From Promethearchaeota archaeon (GTDB lineage: Archaea > Asgardarchaeota > Lokiarchaeia > Sigyniarchaeales > SOKP01): a DNA stretch of 36,163 bases. Of this stretch, positions 29,736 to 36,163 are shown piece after piece. Each line of letters begins with the position of its first letter. Positions within the stretch are counted from its first letter, which is position 1. The translations under genes and the position numbers were made by a program. The DNA is taken from contig SHMW01000041.1 in NCBI GenBank assembly GCA_008080735.1, forward strand, positions 1 through 36,163, given 5' to 3'. Under the pieces are notes generated by a model, which saw only the letters and a program-made list of their open reading frames with translations, had not been told where the DNA came from and made no database searches.

Positions 29736-30031
29736 GTTTTTTCACTTTTCACACTTTTGTAAGTCTGTTTTTACACACAAATAGTGAAACGTGATCCTTT
29801 AAAATTGAAGGCAAAAAATCATTGTCCGTACTATAAGAACATAACTCTATTGATTCCATTTATTTCCCTTCTCACTTTTCCCTTATAATTCTAATTGCCT
29901 AGATAAGACCATCAAAATTATTTACTTTACGATTAACTTGAAATCTTTTCTTCTCTTTTTGTGTGGCTTTTCCAAACATGTAAAAGAATGCATCTATGTG
30001 TGTGTCTCTGAGCTAAGGAAATTTCTGTTAA

Positions 30032-30047
30032 ACTTTATATATAAAGT
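30032..30047. promoter_or_regulatory. Perfect 16-bp palindrome containing a TATA-box-like core
   Basis: ACTTTATATATAAAGT lies between the divergent paralog B and tRNA-Leu genes. Confidence 0.45.
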
Positions 30048-30188
30048 CGGCTAATTATTAAATGCGCACTACGATAAAATTTAAATTAAAATTATTATTT
30101 TTGTTTAATATACTTTCTACGAATAGATTCTACAAAAATAACATAAATTCTTACTAGTTAAAGAAAAGTTAATTAAGCTTTTAATCGC

Positions 30189-30365
30189 GGCGGGGTTACC
30201 GAGTCTGGTCAAATGGTTTGACTAGCGATGGTCAACAGGCTAATGGTCGCTTGATAAATGGGTCAAGACCGATTATAGGTGCTGGACTTAAGATCCAGTG
30301 GCAAAGGCCTTCGTGGGTTCGAAAAAATTCAAACTGCTTGGATTTCGAAACTCCCATCCCCGCCA
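30189..30365 (+). tRNA. trnL: tRNA-Leu(UAA) with two non-canonical introns (30213-30276 at 21/22; 30324-30351 at 59/60)
   Basis: Acceptor stem GGCGGGG/CCCCGCC plus discriminator A; D-arm ACCGAGTCTGGTCAA|AGGT; anticodon arm CTGGA-CTTAAGA-TCCAG; variable arm GGC-AAAG-GCC; T-arm GTGGG-TTCGAA|T-CCCAT; spliced length 85 nt; CCA not encoded. Confidence 0.93.
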
Positions 30366-30411
30366 CCTATTTCTTTTTCCATCCAAAGAGTTGCCTTAGC
30401 GAATTTTCATT
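30337..30411 (+). repeat. Direct repeat copy 1 (end of tRNA intron 2, 3' exon and downstream flank), attL-like
   Basis: 61/75 identical without gaps to 31517-31591. Confidence 0.85.
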
Positions 30412-30657
30412 ATTACTATTATTATAGATATTTAGCTCATCATAAAAATTCCTTTTTCAAAGGCACAGAAGCTTCAAATTACGGTTGGTTTTATGAATGG
30501 AGTTATTTTACTCATGAGATTATCGGATTTATTTCTTAAATAAATATTAAGGAATAGTTAATAAATTTATGGCTATTCAGATTTATTTATTTATCATGAT
30601 GCTATTTTAATTAATAATTCGAGAGAGAAGTTCTTTATCAAAGGAGATGATTGTTTC

Positions 30658-31167
30658 CTATATTTTGGATAACATTTTTTCAATTAATTTTGGATTAAAT
30701 CTAAAATCCTTGTAATTAACCTTAATAAAGTTCAATAACTTAAAGCATTCATCTCTCTTTATCATATTTTGCCTACAAGCTTTTAAAATTATTCCTAAAG
30801 TACCCACTACATCATAACCTTCTGATTTCATCGCATTCCTTACTTTAATTTCGTTTGTTATGCAATAATCAACTCTCTTCTTTTCCGCTAAGGCTATAAT
30901 TGAACTTTCACCTAGGTGAATATTATATTTATTCATAATTTCAAGAGTTCTTTCATTAGAAGTTTCTTCTACTTGAATGAGAGAAGATTGTATAAATTTT
31001 TTTTAGATAAGAGCGTCATCTTTTTGGGTTTTAATACCTTGAATTACAGTCTCGTTATAAATTGTTTTGGTGATAAAAATGTTAGAATATTGCTGCCTTA
31101 GAAATTCTAGTTTATTCAATTTAGCTAAATGTATAAGAACATCAGAATCAATTACCGCTAAAACCAT
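30658..31167 (-). pseudogene. PIN-domain (DUF3368/VapC-like) toxin interrupted by one in-frame TAA
   Basis: ATG at 31167: MVLAVIDSDVLIHLAKLNKLEFL...IYNETV...DDALI, TAA at 31005-31003, then the same frame continues KKFIQ...IHLGESSIIALA...ITNE...VVGTLGIIL; 169 codons in all. Confidence 0.85.
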
Positions 31168-31411
31168 AATTAATTTCCTCATCTAAATCAGATTGTCCAA
31201 AATCAATGAAGATTTGGTTCTTTCGTAATAATTCTTCCATCTCTCTGTATGTTTTATTAAGGATATCAGCAGCTTGACGAATAGTGATTTTTTTTTCTCT
31301 GTAAAGCTCAAATATAAGCAAAAATTTCACTCTTTTCTCGGGATCATCCTCTAAAAATTCCAATAATTTTTCAGGTATCTCAATTTTGACAGATTTTGTC
31401 ATTTTTACCAA
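31148..31411 (-). CDS. UPF0175-family antitoxin
   Basis: ELYREKKITIRQAADILNKTYREMEELLRKNQI helix-turn-helix pattern; overlaps the PIN gene start by 20 nt. Confidence 0.85.
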   Translation of the reverse strand: MVKMTKSVKIEIPEKLLEFLEDDPEKRVKFLLIFELYREKKITIRQAADILNKTYREMEELLRKNQIFIDFGQSDLDEEINYGFSGN

Positions 31412-31516
31412 TCAAGGCCCTTTTAATTAGTTATCTATATGTTATGATAGTAGATAAAAATCATTCTTATTTATTTTATTATTTAAAAAAATATCCAGAT
31501 CAAACATCTGGTTTTT

Positions 31517-31591
31517 CTTAGGTTTGGAAACCCCCATCCTCGCCACCTATTTCTTTTTCTATTCAAATAGTTATATTGCCGAATTTCCATT
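31517..31591 (+). repeat. Direct repeat copy 2 (degenerate tRNA-Leu 3' fragment), attR-like
   Basis: cttaggtttggaaacccccatcctcgccacctatttctttttct... aligns with 30337-30411. Confidence 0.85.
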
Positions 31592-31857
31592 TTTATAGAA
31601 ATTTATTTCGCGTTAGTGAATCTATAAATAGATATCTAGATAAATAAACGATCTTCAAACTTATTCACCCGTGATATGGCAACATATTTACCGCAAAACA
31701 CGCAAGTTTAAATAAGACGATAAAATACTTTATTCAACTATAACAGATTGAATTTGAATCGATCACACAAAAAATCATAAAATCGAATCCGTCAGCATTA
31801 TTAAAAACCATCGATGCTCATTTTATATAATTAAAAAAATCATACAAGGTTGAGGTA

Positions 31858-32025
31858 ATGACGTCTAAAACTGATTTTGACCCCGATCTCCACTTATTAG
31901 CGTGTCCTTTTTCCAATAGTTGCATATTACCAAAGAAGCCAGAGATATGCCAGTTTCCAGCATATAAACAATGTCCTGAATATGGGATGAAGGTCAAAAA
32001 AATCAAACCCCATAACATTCATTAA
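31858..32025 (+). CDS. Four-Cys microprotein 1 (55 aa), not in the ORF track
   Basis: MTSKTDFDPDLHLLACPFSNSCILPKKPEICQFPAYKQCPEYGMKVKKIKPHNIH; GAGGT site and TTTATATAA upstream; paralog at 32418. Confidence 0.85.
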   Translation: MTSKTDFDPDLHLLACPFSNSCILPKKPEICQFPAYKQCPEYGMKVKKIKPHNIH

Positions 32026-32417
32026 ATTTCCAATAAGGAAAAACGCATAGAGGAACTTTTTTTGGGCAGTAATTTAAGACCCACTAATTCAATAGTTGGA
32101 ATAAAAATATAGTTTTATAACAGAAAAAACTTATTGATTCCATTATTGAAGAACTTCCAACGCAAAAAAAAATAATATTTAAATCCATTCATATACCTAA
32201 TAAAAAAAAGAGGAGCTTCTTTTTTCCTATATAAACTTTACGAAAGAACGCTTTTATAGCATAACGCGAAGATTTTAATGGGAAGAAATGTTTTTCTTTT
32301 CAAGATTTTAGAAATTTAAGAACGAAATAAAAAATAACAGGTTTAACCTAATAAAACTCTTTTTAAACATAGATATTTATTATTTTAAATCAATTTAGAA
32401 AATATTTGGTGATGTAA

Positions 32418-32570
32418 TTGACTATCAACATAAAAGCAGGAAGCCCCCCTATATGTCCGTTTTCCGATAGCTGTGGTCTGCCACAGATGGAGATGCTCTG
32501 CACTTTTCCAAAATGTAAAGTATGTCCGGAATATCAAAAAAAAGCTGAGATTCTACAGAGAACTCAATAA
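32418..32570 (+). CDS. Four-Cys microprotein 2 (50 aa), not in the ORF track
   Basis: TTG start after GGTGA: MTINIKAGSPPICPFSDSCGLPQMEMLCTFPKCKVCPEYQKKAEILQRTQ; same Cys spacing as 31858-32025. Confidence 0.82.
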   Translation: MTINIKAGSPPICPFSDSCGLPQMEMLCTFPKCKVCPEYQKKAEILQRTQ

Positions 32571-32721
32571 TTATTCTGTCTCTTCGTGAAATACCGATTT
32601 CAGTCGGTTTCGTATATATCAGTATATTATGGAGACAATATAGTATCGGTATTTTTGAATATAAATTATACCAAAATTTAGGAATAAAAATAATTAGAAA
32701 TTTTTCAGATTTACTGTTTCC

Positions 32722-33045
32722 CTATTTAGACTTAATCATAATAAGCAACATTTTGAATTGGGTCAATGCTTTTAACGCATGAGGATCATTTGCGGGCATA
32801 ATCAATGTCTGACCGGTTTTGAGTTCATATTGATCTCCCGAAATTGTAATCTCAACACTCCCTTCGACCGCATAAACGAGCGCATCATAGGGGGCTGTAT
32901 GCTCGCTAAGACCTTGTCCTTTATCAAAAGCAAAAAGGGTGACCGTGCCAGCCTCCTTATCAATGATGGTCTTACTGACTACTGCTCCGCTCTGATATTC
33001 CAGGTCTTCAGTAAAATCGGTAATATTAATTTTATTCTCATTCAT
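32722..33045 (-). CDS. Cupin domain protein
   Basis: FAFDKGQGLSEHTAP...VEGS...G...MPANDPHAL. Confidence 0.92.
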   Translation of the reverse strand: MNENKINITDFTEDLEYQSGAVVSKTIIDKEAGTVTLFAFDKGQGLSEHTAPYDALVYAVEGSVEITISGDQYELKTGQTLIMPANDPHALKALTQFKMLLIMIKSK

Positions 33046-33279
33046 CCTAAGTCACACACTGATCTAATATAATTGGATTAAAAGAAATTGGTCTAATAAT
33101 TTATTAAATCGGATTATAATTTCAAGATTAGTTGCTCAACCTCTTTAAGTGTATAATGGTTAATAATATAAGATGAGACGTAATTGTGTTATTAAGTAAT
33201 ATTATTGTGAATCATTTGAATAAAGGTAATAAAAATTAAATCACCGAATGAATACGAATTTGGCATTCAAACTAATAAC

Positions 33280-34659
33280 ATGGTAAACATTTCGATGATC
33301 GGAGTGATCCTAGAGAAATTTGACACGAATTTCATAAAGATCTTAAATGAGAAAGTAAACGAAATTCAATTTTTAAAAAAAGAAGAGTCGTCGTCTTTAA
33401 AACAAACGGGATGTTTCATAGAAGAATGCTATGAATTTGATTTTCACAAGCAAAACCTCTGCCTATACTTGGATATTATTTTTGAAAAAGGCTATTATTG
33501 GTGGTTTCAATCCCATTCGGGGGCCTTAAGACGCTATGTGTGGGAATCATTCTTTCGGGAATTTATATATGCGTTAATTAAGGTTTCCAGAATTGATACG
33601 AGACTTATTAGAGAAGCACAAGTAGTAGATTTAAATAAAGCAGATATAAAGACTCAGGATTTTTTGGAAAAATTATTCGGAAATGTAGGAAACTCTATGT
33701 GTGCCTCAATCTCACTCAGAACAGAGCTTAGCAAAGAAAATCTACCAAAAAGCTTAGGATATTTAGATAAGCTGTATAATGAAAAATTAGATGAATTAAA
33801 GGTAAAATTAACGCGCAGATTGATCACGCATAATCTTAAGAGCAAATATTACAATGAGCTTAGAAAACTCAAACACCATTATAAATATGAATACACACTC
33901 TCGGAGTTAGTCAATTATTGTATCCATAGTACGCATTTTGAATCATTTTTTAAGTACAACTCATCCCGAGAACTCAAGCAAGAATATTATAAAATGGCCA
34001 AAGAATTAATTTTAGAATTTTTAGAAAAATATAATATTAAGCTAAAGAAATATCAAGATTCCTTAAATTGTACACATTATTTTTTAACCCATCCCCTTTT
34101 TGAACGCATTAAAAGCGTATGCTTACAAATATGCGTATCTGAGATTCAGATTAAATCGCTTGAACATTATAAAGAATTTAAACAGTTTTATTCAAAATGT
34201 CCTATTTGCGGGAAAGAAAATATCAATCAAGTAAATTGCGAAAAAATCTATTTTTCCAATAAATTCAATTACTTTAAAGAGACGTTAATAGAAGGAATGC
34301 ATCAAGCAGAGGCTTTAGCAGAATTGAACAATAAAGAACATTATTTTGGTATTCCTTGCGAGGAGTGCTTCTATCTCGCCCGAAATATACAAGGAGATAA
34401 ATCTGATCTTGAAAATTTGGAGATTTTCTTACAGAAATATCGAATATGTCCTGTCTGCTCTAATAAAAATCATTCCGATTATCTTATTTCCTTCTATTAT
34501 GATGAATCTAAAAAGGTTTTACGCGAGAGTTTGATTAAACGGATGAAACAATCAGAGAAGGAAGATTTATTGTTTAAAATACAATTGGGGATTCCTTGTT
34601 GCAAATGTTATGAAGAAATTTTTGGTGAGAAACCTGAATTCATCAATCAATTCTTTTAA
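33280..34659 (+). CDS. Hypothetical protein with two tandem C-terminal Zn-binding repeats
   Basis: CPICG...GIPCEEC and CPVCS...GIPCCKC. Confidence 0.8.
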   Translation: MVNISMIGVILEKFDTNFIKILNEKVNEIQFLKKEESSSLKQTGCFIEECYEFDFHKQNLCLYLDIIFEKGYYWWFQSHSGALRRYVWESFFREFIYALIKVSRIDTRLIREAQVVDLNKADIKTQDFLEKLFGNVGNSMCASISLRTELSKENLPKSLGYLDKLYNEKLDELKVKLTRRLITHNLKSKYYNELRKLKHHYKYEYTLSELVNYCIHSTHFESFFKYNSSRELKQEYYKMAKELILEFLEKYNIKLKKYQDSLNCTHYFLTHPLFERIKSVCLQICVSEIQIKSLEHYKEFKQFYSKCPICGKENINQVNCEKIYFSNKFNYFKETLIEGMHQAEALAELNNKEHYFGIPCEECFYLARNIQGDKSDLENLEIFLQKYRICPVCSNKNHSDYLISFYYDESKKVLRESLIKRMKQSEKEDLLFKIQLGIPCCKCYEEIFGEKPEFINQFF

Positions 34660-34675
34660 TTTCTAAATTTTAAGA

Positions 34676-35863
34676 CTAACTTTCCAATTTTATTTTAAGT
34701 TCTTTGATGATATTACAAATTAAATATGCACTTATAATGAATACCATTATACCCAAGAAGAACCAAATCTGAAAAGTTGATCTGGTTCCAATAATATCAG
34801 AAAAGAATCCTATCAATGGCCTTAATAATAAAAGCATTAGACTGGATATTAAGTTAGACAGAGAAAATATTGAGGCTCTATATTTATTCTCAATATCATT
34901 ATTTATGAGCACTTTAAGTGGGCTTTCGCTTAAAAAATAGAAAAAACGAATAAAAACAATCCCAATCAAAGCATAAAGACTCGGGGAAAACCCACTCAGA
35001 CCAATAGCAATCCACATCCCTAATGTACCAAAAATGATGAGATAATAGCTTCCTATCCATTGAACTAATTTCCCCGTGATCAATCCACCTATCACCCCCA
35101 AACTGGTAAATGAGAGATAGACTACTCCGAAAAATTCAATATTCACACCTAAATCTAATAAAAAAGGTTGAAAAATTAACGTAGTACTCCAACTGTAAGC
35201 ATATAATAGAGCTAATATGAATATCAAGATACGTATAGGTTTATTTTTCCACGCAATATCAACAATAAGTTCTTTCATTTTGGGAATTAACAAATCTTCT
35301 GGCTTTTTTTTTGGACTAGGCAAAGTAGTAACCAGAATTCCTGCCGCAAGCGCACAAAAAGCATTCACCAGAATAGGTAAATTCATATTTACAGAATAAA
35401 GCAAACTAGCGAAAAAATGAGATGTTATGAATGACAGACTTGTTATTGAAGCAAAATATCCGAAAATCGTATTTGATCTCTCTAATAGGTTCTCATCTTT
35501 TATCAACTCGTAGATATATGCTGTATCAGTACCAGATATTATTGTTAGGAAAAAACTCCAGCATACCCAACAAATTAACAGTAAATAGAACTCAGTGATT
35601 AATACCATCATCAGAAAAGTAAATGCACCCAACATTGCCCCAAAAAAATAAGTTTTTTTTCTCCCAAGCCTATCTCCAATATACCCCATCGGAACTTCTA
35701 AAAGAACAATCATCCCCCAGTAGAGCATATCTGCAATTATAATATCCGTGAAAGTAAGTCCCTTGTCAAGCAAAAATATGACCCAAATGGGAAACCAAAA
35801 TTGAAGCTGTATCAAAAAATAGGTTAAACCTAAACGATAGAGCGGAAAATGGTTCAGTTTCAT
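34676..35863 (-). CDS. MFS transporter
   Basis: LEVPMGYIGDRLGRKK, SGTDTAYIYE, KYRASIFS; about 12 TM segments. Confidence 0.92.
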   Translation of the reverse strand: MKLNHFPLYRLGLTYFLIQLQFWFPIWVIFLLDKGLTFTDIIIADMLYWGMIVLLEVPMGYIGDRLGRKKTYFFGAMLGAFTFLMMVLITEFYLLLICWVCWSFFLTIISGTDTAYIYELIKDENLLERSNTIFGYFASITSLSFITSHFFASLLYSVNMNLPILVNAFCALAAGILVTTLPSPKKKPEDLLIPKMKELIVDIAWKNKPIRILIFILALLYAYSWSTTLIFQPFLLDLGVNIEFFGVVYLSFTSLGVIGGLITGKLVQWIGSYYLIIFGTLGMWIAIGLSGFSPSLYALIGIVFIRFFYFLSESPLKVLINNDIENKYRASIFSLSNLISSLMLLLLRPLIGFFSDIIGTRSTFQIWFFLGIMVFIISAYLICNIIKELKIKLES

Positions 35864-35919
35864 TTCTTTCTTGGTAATATATTACCAATTATACGCTTTT
35901 GTAATGTATTGAAGGAACT

Positions 35920-35942
35920 ATGCATTTGGAGTGCACATCTCT
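35920..35942. repeat. 23-bp dispersed exact repeat, copy 2
   Basis: ATGCATTTGGAGTGCACATCTCT, identical to 10851-10873. Confidence 0.9.
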
Positions 35943-35984
35943 TTTGACCTCAACACTTGCGTGAATCGGTATTATTTACTACTA

Positions 35985-36161
35985 CTACACATAGGCAGTT
36001 TGAGTCATTGCTAAAAAACTTTTGGGACTCATTTGATACCTTTGTGGCTTGATATTACTTTTATTTAATCTGTCTTTCCTTTTTAACTCTTTTGTGGGGT
36101 GCCCGTTTGAAGGGCAGAATTTGATCGGGGGGGCGGTGAGAAATTTGGTAACCTTTTGCCT
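35985..36161 (-). CDS. Possible 3' end of a gene entering from the window edge (partial, unidentified)
   Basis: 58 open codons (RQKVTKFLTAPP...AMTQTAYV) ending in TAG TAG TAG TAA; a second frame is open for 33 codons, so the true frame is uncertain. Confidence 0.3.
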   Translation of the reverse strand, partial: RQKVTKFLTAPPIKFCPSNGHPTKELKRKDRLNKSNIKPQRYQMSPKSFLAMTQTAYV

Positions 36162-36163
36162 TG

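Larger units (their letters stand above)
30337..31591. mobile_element. Degenerate tRNA-anchored islet (1180-bp repeat period) carrying a toxin-antitoxin pair
   Basis: Flanked by direct repeats of the tRNA-Leu 3' end; no integrase present. Confidence 0.6.

Noticed and set aside
30218-30539. ORFs 30218-30427 and 30279-30539 from the track
   Set aside because: They overlap the tRNA-Leu gene and have no protein-like features; the tRNA structure explains the sequence.
30916-31101. 61-aa plus-strand ORF
   Set aside because: It is the in-register antisense shadow of the PIN pseudogene.
31517-31545. Downstream tRNA 3' fragment as an alternative or trans-spliced exon, which would put the TA pair inside a 1.2-kb intron
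   Set aside because: The acceptor stem could still pair with one G-U, but the BHB central helix is broken (CGAA to GGAA) and the intron stem is weakened; a decayed att-like copy is simpler.
31818-32018. 66-aa minus-strand ORF
   Set aside because: It is antisense to the four-Cys microprotein at 31858-32025, which has an SD site and a paralog.
544-35399. Many 60-105 aa ORFs nested in or antisense to long genes (e.g. 544-759, 1990-2196, 5994-6242, 21497-21802, 22216-22530, 27952-28212, 32779-33072)
   Set aside because: They are shadow frames of well-supported genes with no motifs of their own.

Overview
AT-rich archaeal chromosomal window, most consistent with an Asgard archaeon of the Lokiarchaeia type. 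This inference rests on the proteasome beta subunit, a Rab-like small GTPase without a prenylation tail, a longin/uDENN-like protein, an IFT52/GIFT-like protein and two LRR proteins. The left part holds sugar-use genes (MFS transporter, Zn-dependent dehydrogenase, large glycoside hydrolase-like protein, TIM-barrel/aldolase fusion) and housekeeping genes (FKBP, PflX-like radical SAM, psmB, stand-alone ThrRS editing domain). The middle holds an SDR, a membrane-anchored CE15 esterase, LRR proteins, CPBP, EamA, an MBL-fold protein, an aminotransferase and MGMT. The most unusual material is at 28-36 kb and is mostly invisible in the ORF track. It includes a tRNA-Leu(UAA) gene split by two non-canonical introns (positions 21/22 and 59/60) and a 1.18-kb islet bounded by a degenerate copy of that tRNA's intron/3' end, carrying a UPF0175 antitoxin and a PIN toxin broken by one TAA. 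It also includes two tandem, unannotated four-cysteine microproteins with a shared motif and a tandem pair of 122-aa paralogs. An exact 23-bp repeat occurs twice, 25 kb apart. All family assignments come from motif recognition by eye; no database search was run.
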